Positions 22,901 through 35,423 of a stretch of 64,000 nt of DNA are shown here, piece by piece. A program made the position numbers and the translations under genes. The stretch's first letter is position 1. Every line of letters starts with the position of its first letter. Source of the stretch: an uncultured Gemmatimonadaceae bacterium (GTDB taxonomy: Bacteria > Gemmatimonadota > Gemmatimonadetes > Gemmatimonadales > Gemmatimonadaceae); assembly GCA_963829055.1 (NCBI GenBank), contig CAWHHI010000011.1:480001-544000 (forward strand), read 5' to 3'. Below the pieces are notes generated by a model. That model was given only the letters and a program-made list of their open reading frames with translations, ran no database searches and was not told the DNA's origin.

Positions 22901-25800
22901 TCACCAGCGTCACCGCCTCGGCCGGCAGCATGCGCCGCCACACCTCACGCTGCGAGCCAGCCGTCGTGCGCTCCGTCTGCGACGCCGTCTGCCACTCGAG
23001 CAGGTGACGCTTGGTCGCGAACAGGCGCACGAGCGTGCGTACGATCGCGTCCGCGGACACCCACGCCTGATGCGGCAGCACGATGACCGTCAGCGCGAAC
23101 TGCTGCGCACTCGTCACCGCGTCGCGCCACACGGCCGCGTAGTAGGCGAACAACGATTTATCGGCGGGCGGCCGAACCACTGCCAGCGTTAGGCCGAACA
23201 GCCACGGGAATCCGATCGCGATCAGCACCGCCGCGGTCCATGGACCTTGCGGCACCGGCAGAACAGTCCATCCGGCGACGAGCAGCAAGAGCTGGAAGAT
23301 CTCGACCGTGCTGCGCCGCAGGTTGTCGAAGATCTTCCACCGGGAAACGGCGGACAGTCTGTTGTGCTCGGCGCGTCCATCGGGCCGGGGAACGGCGCTG
23401 CCGATCCATCGCAGAATCTGCCAGTCACCGCGAATCCATCGGTGCTTCCGACGCGTGTACGTGAGGTATCGGGTCGGGTAGTCGTCGTACAGTTCGATGT
23501 CGGTAACGAGCCCGGCGCGCGCGAACGCGCCCTCGATGAGATCGTGGCTCAGCAACACGTTCTCGGCGAACCGGCCGTGCGTCGCGCGCTCGAACGCGTC
23601 GACGTCGTAGATCCCCTTCCCCGTGTACGACCCCTCGCCGAACAGATCCTGGTAGACGTCGGAGACGGCCGTCGTGTAGGGGTCGACGCCCGGATGCCCC
23701 GAATGGATCGACGCGAACCGCGACCGATACGCGCTCGTCAGCGAGACACCCACGCGCGGCTGCAGGATACCGTACCCCTCCGTGACGCGGCCCCGCTCCG
23801 GATCGAACACCGGGCGGTTGAGCGGGTGCGCCATCGCGCCGACGAGCAGTTGCGCCGCGTCAGGCGGGAGCACCGTGTCGGAGTCCAGCGTGATGACGAG
23901 CCGGACCTCGCCTAACGGGGTCGGGTCGCCGACGATGCGCGAGAACGCGTCACGCGCACCGCCGCGCAGATACTGATTGAACTCGGAGAGCTTGCCTCGC
24001 TTTCGCTCCCAGCCCATCCACACGCGTTGGCTGTCGTTCCAGCGACGCGGCCGATGGAAGAGGTAGAAGAGCGTCTGATCGTTGCGACCGTACTTCTCGT
24101 TCAGCGCGGCAAGCCCCGCCGCGGCCGCATCGAGGATCGCCGCGTCGTCAGGCATCGTTTCCGATGGCGCGTCGAGAAAATCCGTGAGCAGCGCGAAGTG
24201 CAGGTGCGGGTCACGGTTCGCGAGAAACTGGACTTCCAGGTGTTCGATGGCCTCTCGCGCCGCGTCGACACTGCCGAGCAGCGTCGGTACGACGACTGCC
24301 GTCCGCCACTCCGCGGGAATGCCGCGCTCGCGAAACTCGAGCTTCGGGATGAGGCGCGGGTCGGTCACGAACGTGACCAGCTGATTCACCACGCTGACGC
24401 CGATCTCGCTCGCGGGCACGAGCGCCAGCAGGAGTACGAGGAGCGTCGCGCCCGCTCCAATGGGGCCAGCCACGGCGAGCGCCGCGGCGAGCGCCGCCAG
24501 CGTCACGAGAATGAGTGATGGGAAATAGGCCGCGTTAGGCCTGCGGGAGATCGCGCGCCGCAACCGCTCGTGCCACCGCGGGCTGTAGTGTACCGCCGCC
24601 TCGAGCTCGGCGAGGCCGCGGTCGACGAGCCAGTAGCCCACGTGGCGACGACGTTGGCCTGGTCCCTCAGCCGGCTGCCGGTTCGCGAGGTCGATCGCGA
24701 TTTCAGCCACCTTCGCTTCATCGCGCTCGGTCCGCTTCGCCAGCCGTTCGATCTCGTGTCGATACCGATCGCGCGCGGCGAACGTCATGGACGTGTAATC
24801 GCCCGTCGGATCGCCACGCAGCACACGCTCGATCGCGCTCTGCGACTCGACAAAACTGTTCCAGTCGAGACGCGCGATCGTTCGCAGACTCGTGATGCTG
24901 TTCGCGATCGTGACGCGGGTGATCGCGGCGCGCTGATTCGCGCGCGCTACCGCCTCCTCCGCGCTCATCAGATCCTCGGCGATCCACTGCTCGAGCCAGA
25001 CGAGCGGCGTGAACGAGGCCTGGATACGACCGGATCTGCGACAGGAAGCGCGAGACGAAGATCGCCGACAACTTCGGCGTGTGATCCACGAACTCGTGGA
25101 GGGCGACGCCGAGTTGCTTGGGCCCTGCCTCGCTCGCCTTTCGCAGCTGCTCAGCGGCGGCGTCCGCCGCGCGTACTTCGTCGAGCCGCGACAACGTACG
25201 GCGCGTCATCCGCCGGATGTTCTCGATCAGGCCCAGCCGCAGCATCGCCGGAATCGCCCACAGCTCGCCGATACGCAGCGGCGCGATGCGCTGGAACTCG
25301 CGCACGAACAGCTCCGTGTTCGCGAGGTCGAGATGCCCCTCGGTGTTCGCGATCAACTCGATCGCGATCTCGTACACGCGGGGGAAGCGCGCGAGCGGCC
25401 CGATTGCGAGCTCGGGCAGCTCCCGGTAGTAGCCGCGCGGGAGCGTCGCGCGAATCTCGCGAATGTGCTCTTCGACCGTGTAGAAATTATCGAGGAGCCA
25501 TTCACCAGCAGGACTTACATCGATGCCCTCATCGGCCGCTTCGCCAAGCGCCTCTCGGGCCTCGAGCAGGATGCTGTAGGTCTCTTCGAGTCGCCCGAGT
25601 AGCGGGACCTTGCGTCCCTTCCCAGACGGGCGGACACGTTGGCGCCGCGCCAACGCGCGCGCATGCTCCGCAAGCCGGTCGGCACCAAGCAGCTCGCCGC
25701 GGATGGGGCCGACGAGAGGCTCTTGCCGACCGTTCGTTGCGCGCGCCAACATGCGCGCGAGGAGTCCTGTTCTTCTCGCCGGGGGTGTACTGGTCGCCAC
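16942..25800 (-). CDS. cgs: Cyclic beta-1,2-glucan synthase-like protein (Cgs/NdvB/ChvB: GT84 + glucoamylase-like + GH94), split by about 6 frameshifts
   Basis: EWLLDNFY, WMGWERKRGKL, ITLDSDT, GKGIYDVDAF, SHDLIEG, HRWIRGDWQ, RTSPTNVG, YDLLASEARL, SWSGSMFEY, QSSGAFGFRDQLQD, GDWNDGMN, ENGAQYTH, WYTGSASW in consecutive overlapping ORFs. Confidence 0.9.
19343..19425. repeat. GGGAACC-heptamer hairpin inside the cgs coding region
   Basis: CGGGAACGGGGAACCGGGAACCG (19343-19365) pairs with CGGTTCCTGGTTCCCCGTTCCCG (19396-19418), 1 mismatch in 23. Confidence 0.8.
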
Positions 25801-25890
25801 GATCCATAAACTTGAGTCGTGGAGCGAACTTTAGCAGTTACTGGGCCGTGATGGTCGAGATTTCTGACGTCGACCTCGCTTCGCTCCGCG

Positions 25891-26599
25891 TCACCGATAC
25901 GCAGGACGCAGATTCGGCGCTGTCCGAGCCGCAGGTGAGACGTTGAGTCGGTAGCCGGCGAAGATGCAAAGCAGGCCGAGCAGTTCCGTTACGTACAACA
26001 CCTCGGTGTGGCCGAATCTCGTGAAAGTCGCCACCAATGCCTGGCAGGATTCCACCCACGGCAATGCACACGTTGCCGATGAATCGGTGATACGTCTCGT
26101 GCGTCCGCCGATACCTGATGGCGGACACGATCGCTCCGCCCACGAGAAAGATCACGGCGTACAGGTTGATGAACGGGCTGAACAGTCGAACCCACCGCCA
26201 CTCCAGCACTTTGCCAGTCAGTCGAAACGGTTCGACGAGCGAGTAGTCGATCGGCGACGCGATCACGCACGCACTCGCGATGACGATGACTGTCGCGACG
26301 ATCGCCGAAAGCCAGTTGGCCGCCTTGCGATTCACGTGGAGATACACGGAGCCCTGGGCCAGCGGCGCGCCTCCGAGTAGCGCACCCGTGATGTACCACG
26401 CGCGAAACACGGGTTCATGCCAGCCTAGCAACGTCGTCGCCGACTCGGTGATCGTTCCGGCAGCATACGTGAGCATGCCGATCCCCCACCACAGGAGATG
26501 CGGAGCACGCCGATCCATCCATCGGCCGAGCACCATGCCCGCGAACGCCAGCGCGACGACAGTCGTGATGATCGGGATGAACTGGATGGCGTGTCGCAT
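25891..26599 (-). CDS. Hypothetical multi-pass membrane protein (frameshift near 26030)
   Basis: About 7 hydrophobic helices; after the shift reads FTRFGHTEVLYVTELLGLLCIFAGYRL to a stop at 25891. Confidence 0.7.
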
Positions 26600-26616
26600 T
26601 GTCTGGTTGGTTGTCG

Positions 26617-28825
26617 TCAGAACTCGACGACGAGCGACGTGCTCAGGCTCCGTCGCGGCTCGGGACGGAAGAACGACGCATTCGCGAATTCCGCGTAGAG
26701 CGCGTTCGTGAGGTTGTTCACGCCAAGCATGAGTGACGTGCGACTGCGTCCACGCTCGAACAGCGCAGCCTGCGCGCGGACATCATGCACCGTGAACGCA
26801 GGAAGCACCGCGCCGACGGGACTCGAACCGGCAATGATGTCCTTCTGCTCGCCGTTGTGCCGCAGTGCGTATCCGACCGACACGCGGTTGCCCACCGGGC
26901 GCCATGCGGCGTCGAACACCACCTTGCGCGAGTACGTGTCACCGACCGGGCTGTTGGGATCGGTGACGTTCTTCGACTGAATGCGAGAGAAGTTCGCCGA
27001 GAGATCGAAGGCGTTCAGCGCGCGCGCACCAGCCGTGAGCTCCAGCCCGCGGAAACGCAGATGATCGACGTTGACGTTCTTGTAGACAGGCAAGCGAGTC
27101 ACCGTGTCGCCGGTTGCCTCGATCGCGATGCCATCGTGCACGTTGTTCTGGAACACGAAGCCTTCCGCGAACAACGCCCCGCGACGCCACCGCGCACCGA
27201 CGTCGACGTTGAGGCTCGTCTCGGGATCGAGATCGAGGTTTCGCGCCTGGTATCCCGAGCCTTCGGGCGTGGGACCGTCGAAGAAGCGCTCGACCAGATT
27301 CGGCGACCGGAAGCCGCGCCCCACCGAAGCGATGAGGTTGAGCCCGGACGCCGCACGCACGAGCAGGTTCGCGGTGCCCACCGCCGTACGGTCACGGCTC
27401 TCGTACGAGGACGTGAGGCCTGGCGTGTCCCGCGTCTCCGCAACGACGTCCTGCACGCGCGCGCCGAGAATGACCGACACGCGCTCAACGACCCGCATGT
27501 CCCCCTGGGCGAACAGACCCGCGCTCCGGAACGTCGCGTTAGGTACCTGCGGCGTCGTGCTGACCTGCGACCGCGGCGGGCCGAACCCCGTGACGACCGT
27601 CAGGCTGGAATCGGTGTTGTCGGAATGGTCGCGGAATGCATCCGCGCCATACGTCATCAGCAGGCGATTCCCGACGAGCTTCGTCACCTCGGCCCTGAAC
27701 CCGAGGCTCTGGAGGTCCGTCCAGTTCCGCTGCTGCGAGGTCACGCCCGCCGTGGATGGCAGTCCGCCCCCGAACGGCACGAACACGTCGAGATCCGAGA
27801 TGCCGGGTGTTCTGCTGCAGGTACGTCGTCAGCTCGACGCGGTCGGCGACGGCTGTGCGCAGGGCCAGGGCGCGCCAGCCTAACGAGTAGCGCGACACGT
27901 CCTGATCCGGATACGTGATCTGAATGGTGGGGGCACCCGTCACGCCGAGATCGCCGTTCGCGACATAGCCGAATCCCGCGTCCCGTGCCGTGTAGTGCTC
28001 CGCGCGCGCGAACAGCGACTGCGACCGACCGAGGTCCCAGCCGGCCGTCGCGTTGTAGGAGTAGTCGCGAACGCCGGTGTCGTTCACGCGAACGTCGCTC
28101 GGGAGATCGATGTCGCCGAAGCTACCCGACGGCGCCGTGTATGATCGCGTGTCTCGATAGGCACCGCTCGCTCGAAACGCGAAGCGGCCCGATCGCCCCT
28201 GAACGCCCGCGCTCGGTGTCTGTTGCTTGTCCGCCGTAGAGTACCGGAAGCCAGCCCATCCATGAAACGAGTCGCCACCTGTTGGCAGACCCGGCGTGAT
28301 GATGTTCACGACGCCGCCAATGGCATCGGTGCCGTAGAGCACTGACGCTGGGCCGCGCACGACTTCCACCCGGTCGATGCCGTTGATGCCAGCGATCGCC
28401 GGCAACTCTCCGAAATCCTGCTGGCGGCGGGAGTTGTTCAGGCGCAGCCCGTCCTCCAGGAGAAGAATGCGCTGACCGCTGAGCCCGCGAATGGTCGGCC
28501 GCGTCTGATTCGTACCGACGCCAGTGATGTCGAGCCCAGGCAGATCACGAAACGCGTCGACAGGTGTGTTCGGCATCCGCCGGTGCAGCGTCGCCGAGTC
28601 GATGACGCTCACGGCCGCGGGCGTGTCGAAGACGTCCTTCTCGGTGCGCGTCGCCGTGATCACCACTTCCCCGAGGGATCTCGCTCGCCGGCGTGAGGAA
28701 TCCGCCCGCGCTGCAGAGTCTCGCGCGGTTGGTGACTGGGCAGCGGACACGGTGGCGATCGTCGCACTGGCGATGAAGGACCAGACTACGGCGAGCGACC
28801 GCGGTCGCGCCGATATGAGGAGCAT
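26617..28825 (-). CDS. TonB-dependent receptor (frameshift near 27795)
   Basis: EVVITATR TonB box, PTIRGL, EVVRGPASVLYGTDAIGGVVNIIT plug, GFRSPNL, LDPETS, VNNLTN, C-terminal F. Confidence 0.9.
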
Positions 28826-29135
28826 CAATTCTCTCGCTTGTTTCGATTCGTGGAGTGAACGCGCGCCCCTGTGTTGCGGTGTCAGCGTGGTGAGATATCG
28901 GACGGGCAGCGCACTTCTACCATATGACTCCTTCGCGAGCCTTGGCATTCGGCACGGTACGGAGTGGAATCTCGGTACAAATACGGAACGTGTCCGAATT
29001 CGCGGCCGGAGTCTTGCGCACGGTTTCGTTCGCGCGACTGACGTCGACCTGTTCCGCATTGCAATGCTCCGGCGATGACCCCTCATGCCGGCATTGGTGT
29101 CCCTCGTATGTCGTTGCTGCTTCTGTCCCGGCTCG

Positions 29136-31242
29136 GTGACACTCACTCACGATCCTTCGAACCCTGACGACGAACGCTTTCACACGCCGATCGAGGCCGA
29201 AGCGTTAGCGCGCGGCCTCGCGGCGCGTAGTCCATCGCGTCTGGCCACGGCGCTTCGCATCACCGAATCGGTGAATCGCGAAACGACGCTGGTCGAAGGA
29301 CTCGCTGCGCTCGTCGCGGGCGTGCGCGAGGCGCTCGCGACGGACACAGCGGCGGTCCTGCTGGTGGAGGATTCCGCCGATGGTCAGGTGCTCGTGATGT
29401 ACGCGGGCCGCGGCCGGGCCCTGGGCGACGCGAACGCGCGCATCCCGGTCGGCCGAGGGCTTCTCGGGCGCATCGCGGAGCGTCGTGAGACTGTTGTGAT
29501 CGACAACCTCCGCGAGCTCGGCGATGTCCCGATTCCACTCGGCACCGAGCACGTCGTTTCGTTCATTGGCGTTCCGGTGGTTGATCAGGGTCGGCTGATC
29601 GGCGTGTTGTACGCCGGCTCACGCACGCCGCGCCGATTTGGTGACGATGACCGTCAACTGATCGAGCTCGTCGCGTCGGGCGCTGGTCCGACGATCGCAC
29701 GCGCACGTCTCGGCGACGCACTCGATCTGTATCGCCGACAGCTCGAAACGCAGACCGGCGAGCTCGAGGCTACAGCGAGCGAGCTCGAGCTGACGGTCAC
29801 AGGCGCTGCGACGCGCCAACGCCGAGCTCGCAGCGACAGCCGAGGCCGCTCGTGCCGCACAGGTCGCCGCCGAAGCCGCCAACCGCGCGAAGTCGGCGTT
29901 TCTCGCGACGATGTCACACGAGCTCCGCACACCGCTCAACGCGATTCTCGGCTACGCGTCGTTGCTGCTCGATGGTCTCGCAGGACCACTCGACGCGCCA
30001 CAGCGCGACTTCGTCGAGCGCACGCGGGCGAGTGGCCGGCATCTGCTCGGACTCGTCGAGGAAGTGCTCGACATCGCGAAGGTCGAGGCCGGCCAGATGC
30101 GCGTGGACGTCGGACCCGTAGCAGCGGCTCGCGTCATCAACACCGCGGTCACCCTCGTGCGTCCGCAGGCGGCATCGGCCGGTGTGAACGTCGATGCGTC
30201 ACAGTGCGAGTCCGTGTTAGGCGAGGTCACCGGCGACGAGCGGCGCGTCCGTCAGATTCTGCTCAACCTGCTCGCCAACGCGATCAAGTTCACCCGAGCC
30301 GGCGGCCGCATCACCGTGCGCTGTGAGCGCGTGGAGGGAAAGTCGCCGTTCACGCCCGGGTCGCTCGGATCCTGGATGTGCCTGGGCGTCACCGACACGG
30401 GAATCGGCATCGATCCCGAGCACCTCGAGACGATCTTCGAGCCGTTCGTGCAGCTCGACGCGAGCCACACGCGGGCGCGCGGCGGCACGGGCCTTGGTCT
30501 GGCCATCAGCCGCCGCTTCGCGCGACTCATGGGCGGCGACATCACGGTCTCGAGTCGCGTCGGCCAGGGCACGACGTTCACGCTGTGGCTGCCGGCGTGG
30601 GAGCGCGATCGACCGGCGACCGCGCGTCCGGCACACTGGCGCGACGGCGAGCGCATCACGACGCCGCAGCATCTGAGCGTGCGCTTCGCCGGGACCAGGG
30701 CGGGGCGCGTGGCGTTAGGCGAGCTGCTCGTCATCACGGCAGCCGACATCGTGGCGACGGTCGTCGACCGATTGCGAGGCGATCCCCAGATTCCGCGGGC
30801 GCGCGAAGTCACGCGCACGGAGCTCGAGGATCACATCGCGACGTACCTCAGCGACATCGGTCAGATGTTCGCGGTCCTCGATGAGCGCGGCACCGACCGC
30901 ACGCCGCTCATCATCGACGGCACGACCATCCAGCGTCTCATCGCCGAGCGCCATGGCGCGCAGCGGTATCGTCTCAAGTGGACGGAGGAGGAGCTCCGAC
31001 GCGAGCTCTCGACGCTGCTCGCCGAGGTCGAACGCGTCGTGCTCGACTCGTCGCTGCTCACGGGGTCTCCGCCCAGTGACACCGTTCCGCTGCTCCGCGT
31101 GATTCTGCAGGAGGCGGAAGAGGTGAGCGTGCTGGGATTCCACGAGGCGGCGGCACGCGACCGGAGTCGTCAGGAAGCCGAGACTGGACAGCAGCACGGA
31201 GCCGAGCCGGGACAGCAGCCCGTCCATTCGAGGAGCGACTGA
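29136..31242 (+). CDS. GAF sensor histidine kinase with C-terminal RsbRD_N-like domain (frameshift near 29803)
   Basis: GAF (GRGLLGRIA, SFIGVPV, FGDDD), ANRAKSAFLATMSHELRTPLNAI, NLLANAIKFT, DTGIGI, GGTGLGL; C-terminal HGAQRYRLKW. Confidence 0.85.
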
Positions 31243-31263
31243 CGCGCGTCGCCGACGACGTTT

Positions 31264-31926
31264 CTACGGAGTGACGAGGCCCTCTTCGACCGCGAGCCGC
31301 GTCAGTCCGGCAACGCTGTGAATGTCCAGCTTGCGCATGAGACTCTCGCGGTGTGTCTCGATCGTGCGCGGGCTGATGCCGTAGCGCGCGGCGATCTCCT
31401 TGTTCGTCTCGCCGTTCGCGATCCCCTCCAGCACCTCGCGTTCGCGTCCGGTGAGGAGCGCGAGCTTCGACACGCGCGCCATTCGATCAGACTCGCCGCG
31501 TAAGGCGTCGCCGAGACGCACCGCCATGGCGGCGCTGAAGAACGACTCACCGCGGTCCACCGCGCGAACCGCGTCACGCAACTCGTTAGGCGACGAGTCC
31601 TTCCGCAGGTAGCCGTGGGCGCCGGCACGCACGGCCTGCAGCACGTACTCCGCCTCGTCGTGCACGCTCAGGATCAGCACGCGCGCGCGTGGTGCGGCGC
31701 CGCGGACGTCACCGATGACCTCGAGCCCTGTTCCGTCCGGCATCGAGACGTCGAGCACCACGACGTCGGGCTCGCACTCGCCCGCCAGTTTCACTGCTTC
31801 GGAACCACTCGCCGCTTCGCCGACGACGTCGAAACCACGCGACGCGGCGAGCACGTTCCGGATGCCCTCGCGGACGACGGCGTGGTCGTCTGCCACGAGT
31901 ACGCGAATGCGGGGTGCGCTCTTCAT
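31264..31926 (-). CDS. NarL/LuxR-family response regulator
   Basis: VADDHAVVREG, LDVSMPD, GAHGYLRK, LTGREREVL..G.TNKEIA HTH. Confidence 0.93.
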   Translation of the reverse strand: MKSAPRIRVLVADDHAVVREGIRNVLAASRGFDVVGEAASGSEAVKLAGECEPDVVVLDVSMPDGTGLEVIGDVRGAAPRARVLILSVHDEAEYVLQAVRAGAHGYLRKDSSPNELRDAVRAVDRGESFFSAAMAVRLGDALRGESDRMARVSKLALLTGREREVLEGIANGETNKEIAARYGISPRTIETHRESLMRKLDIHSVAGLTRLAVEEGLVTP

Positions 31927-33719
31927 CCTGCCGCCTGATCGACCGGGAGGCGAACGGCCAGTCGCGTGCCGCCGTCAGCGGCGTTCGTCAGCCGCATCGC
32001 CCCGCCTAACGCGCCGAGGCGTTCGCCCATACCCGTCAGGCCGAGCCCGGGATCGCCCGTCAGGCCGCGACCGTCATCGCGTACCTCGAGGTCGAGCGCG
32101 CCAGCCCGCTGCACGAGCACGATCGTCACCGACTGCGCGCGCGCGTGGCGCGCGACGTTCGACAGCGCTTCCTGCAGGGCGCGGAACAGCGCCAGCTCCG
32201 CGTCCCGCGACAGTGGCGGCAACGCGCTCGGCGCCGTGAACGACATGACGATTCCGGTGCGTTCCCCGAATCCCTCGACCAGCGCGTGCAGCGCCGAGAG
32301 CAATCCCAGCTCGTCGAGCAGTGGCGGACGGAGATCGCGCGCGATGCTCCGGATGCTCGCCATTCCCGTATCGACCAGATCGAGCACGCGATCCATCCGC
32401 GGGGCGAGCGCGGGTTCGACGGACTCGCGCAACACGCCGAGCTGCAGCTTCACCGCCGCGAATGCCTGCGCCGTCTCGTCATGCAGCTCCAGCGAGATGC
32501 GGCGTCGCTCTTCCTCGTGTTGCCGTACCATGCGCACCGAGAGCCGCTCGAGCTGACGGGTGCGTGCGGCCAACCGACTCGTCAGGTCCGCGTTCTCCAG
32601 GGCCGCGCCGACCTGCCGGCCGAGCGTGCGCAGGAACTCCTGACCGAGCGCGGTGAACGGATCGCCCTCGTTCCCGACGATCACGAGCGCGCCGACGTGC
32701 TCGGCGTCGCGGATGACGGGCAGCACCGCGAGGTACGCGAAGTCGTCGCAGGACTGATCGAACGGGTCGGGCCAGTCGCGCGCCACTTCGGGAGAGCCGG
32801 AGCGCATGGCTTGGCGCATGGTCTCCCACGCGGGGCCGAGTGGGGCGCGCCCGCCCCAGCCGGCGCACGCGCCGACGCCGCGCACGAAGACTCCGGTCTT
32901 CTCCGCCTCGGCGCCATTTCCGTTCGCGGTCGAATCGGTGGCTCGATCGGTCAGACATAACGCGGCCCCACGCACGCCGCCCAGCGCCAGCGGTCGAGCC
33001 AGCAGCGAGTCGATGACGTCCGGGCCAGGTTGCGTGGGCGACCCGCTCGCGGACTGAAGGTCACCCGACAGCGCCGAGAGCGTCGCGAGCCCGCGGCGAA
33101 GATCTTCGACGACGAGCATCAGGATGCCGGCGCCAAGCGCGAGGACGAAGCAGATGTCGAGATAGTAGCCCCACGGATTCCACGCGCCGCGAGCCCGAAG
33201 CAGTGGGTAGTCGAGGTGGTGCAGCCCCCAGAGCACGAGGACGCCGGCGACGAAGCCGGCTGCGCGCGATCCAGTACGGCGGTGATAGCGCCAGAACGTC
33301 AGGCCTGTCCAGAGTGTCGCCAGGCTGAGGAACAGCACGGCGGGCCCTGCGGCGAGAAAGAAGTTCGCGAGCCGATAGATGGCGACGTAGGACCAGAGCG
33401 GCGGGAACAACACGAGTGCGAGATACCACCGTCGCCACTCGACGCGCTGCGAGAACGCGAGCGCGGCCCCCAGAAGCGCGAGCGCCGTCCAGCCGGTGAG
33501 TACTTGATGGACGTAGAGCCAGGGCTCGGAGGCGGTCGTGAGGAACCCACAGATCGCGCCAATGCGGAGCACGTACAGCCCCCACGCGACTGCCCACCAG
33601 AGGAAGTACCGCTTGCGAAACTGGACGAACAGAAATGCGCACAACGCGGCGATGCCCAGGGTGATGACCGCCTGGAGCAACGCGGCATTCAGTTCACTGA
33701 GGGATGCGGGGCGCATCAC
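31923..33719 (-). CDS. Membrane sensor histidine kinase (about 7 TM + GAF + HisKA_3)
   Basis: EEERRRISLELHDE, EALSNVARHA, DDGRG, GLGLTGM; 4-bp overlap with the regulator. Confidence 0.9.
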   Translation of the reverse strand: MMRPASLSELNAALLQAVITLGIAALCAFLFVQFRKRYFLWWAVAWGLYVLRIGAICGFLTTASEPWLYVHQVLTGWTALALLGAALAFSQRVEWRRWYLALVLFPPLWSYVAIYRLANFFLAAGPAVLFLSLATLWTGLTFWRYHRRTGSRAAGFVAGVLVLWGLHHLDYPLLRARGAWNPWGYYLDICFVLALGAGILMLVVEDLRRGLATLSALSGDLQSASGSPTQPGPDVIDSLLARPLALGGVRGAALCLTDRATDSTANGNGAEAEKTGVFVRGVGACAGWGGRAPLGPAWETMRQAMRSGSPEVARDWPDPFDQSCDDFAYLAVLPVIRDAEHVGALVIVGNEGDPFTALGQEFLRTLGRQVGAALENADLTSRLAARTRQLERLSVRMVRQHEEERRRISLELHDETAQAFAAVKLQLGVLRESVEPALAPRMDRVLDLVDTGMASIRSIARDLRPPLLDELGLLSALHALVEGFGERTGIVMSFTAPSALPPLSRDAELALFRALQEALSNVARHARAQSVTIVLVQRAGALDLEVRDDGRGLTGDPGLGLTGMGERLGALGGAMRLTNAADGGTRLAVRLPVDQAAG

Positions 33720-33724
33720 ACAAA

Positions 33725-33835
33725 GCTATCAGCCATCGAGCCATCAGCCATCAGCTCCAGCAAGCACCAGCCAGCAACCAGCTTCAGTCCCCAGTCCGCC
33801 GAGTCCCCAGTCCCCAGTCCCCAGTCGCTAGTCCC
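33725..33835. repeat. Composite heptamer-repeat element (inverted copy)
   Basis: CAGCCAT x3, CCAGCAA/CCAGCAC block, then (AGTCCCC)n. Confidence 0.75.
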
Positions 33836-35423
33836 CCGTCGTCCCCACGTGCATTCTGCGTTCGGTTGCCGCGAACCCGTCCGAGGCGACCTGATCGCGC
33901 TTCGCGAGAGAAACGAGAATGCCCACCGCGAATGACAGCGGGATCGTCACGAGCGCCGGATTCTTGAGCGGGAACCATGCGTCGGCATGCTTGAGCAGGT
34001 CCACCTGAATCGTCGGCGAGAACCAGATCAGGAGCAACGTCGTCACCGTGCCGATCACCATGCTCGAGACGACCCCTTCCGTCGTACACCGCTTCCAGAA
34101 AATCGACAGGACGAGCGCGGGAAAGTTGCCGCTCGCGGCGATCGCGAAGGCGAGCGAGACCATGTACGCCACGTTCTGCCCCTTGAACAGAATGCCGAGC
34201 AGCACCGCGATGACGTCCGAGCGCGACCGTCGCCACGCGCGCGACGCGGAGCTGTTCGCGCGCGTCAGCCTTGCCGTGGCGGAACACGTTGACCCACAGA
34301 TCGTGCGACAGCGCGGCCGCGCCGGAGAGCGTGAGCCCCGCCACCACCGCCAGGATCGTCGCGAACGCGACGGCGGCGATGAATCCGAGGAACGGCGTGC
34401 CGCCTAACACTTCCGCGAGCAACGGCGCCGCCATGTTGCCGCCCTTGTCCACCGCCTTGATGGCGTCCGGACCGACGAGCACCATCGCGCCGAAGCCGAG
34501 CACGAACGTCATCAGGTAGAACACGCCGATGAGGCCCGTCGCGTAGAACACCGACGTCCGCGCGGCGCGCGCGTCGGGTACCGTGTAGAAGCGCATCAGA
34601 ATGTGCGGCAGTCCGGCCGTGCCGAACATGAGCGCCATGCCTAACGAAATCGCATCCAGCGGCGCGGCGACGAGCTTGCCCGGCGCGAGGACGGCGTCGC
34701 CGTAGCGGTCCGCCGCCGCCGCGAACAGCGCGAGCGGATTCATCCCGAACTTCGCGAGCACCATGATGGCCAGAAGGCCGGCGCCGCCGAGCAGCAGGCC
34801 GGCTTTCACGATCTGCACCCACGTCGTCGCGATCATCCCGCCGAACAGCACGTACGCCAGCATCGCCGCGCCGACGATCACGATCGCCGTTTCGTACTGC
34901 AGACCGAACATGAGCCGGATCAATCCGCCGGCTCCGACCATCTGCGCGATCAGGTAGAAGATCACCGTCGACAGCGTTCCGATGGCCGCCGCGATGCGCA
35001 CCGGCGTCTGACTGCAGTCGAGCCGCGACAACATCGGCGAACGTGTACTTGCCGAGATTCCGCAGCGGCTCGGCGATCAGGAACAGGACGACTGGCCATC
35101 CGACGAGCCAGCCCGTCGAGTAGATGAGACCGTCGAACCCGGTGGTCGAGACGAGACCCGGCGATCCCCAGGAACGACGCCGCGCTCATGTAATCGCCCG
35201 CGAGCGCCATTCCGTTCTGCGCGGGCGTGATGGTTCGACCCGCCGCGTAGAAGTCCTCGGTGGTCCGCGTTCGTCGTGCGGCCCAGTACGTGATGCCGAG
35301 CGTGATCGCGATGAAAGCGAAGAAGAACACCATCGCGATGACGTTAGGCTCGCCGATCCGCGTCGTTACGGTGGCGCCCGCCGGCGCCTGTTGGGCCGCC
35401 TGGACGATCGTCATGACGGTCAT
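33828..35423 (-). CDS. actP: Cation/acetate symporter (SSS family; frameshifts near 35160, 35030, 34220)
   Basis: [78 protein letters not shown]. Confidence 0.9.

Noticed and set aside
20154..23192. 1012-aa plus-strand ORF, and similar long antisense ORFs such as 6496..8895 and 9176..10384
   Set aside because: Shadow ORFs opposite well-supported genes in high-GC DNA; Arg-rich with no motifs
28826..29135. Possible cobalamin or other riboswitch upstream of the TonB-dependent receptor
   Set aside because: No B12-box or other recognisable riboswitch core found by eye; an Rfam scan would settle it
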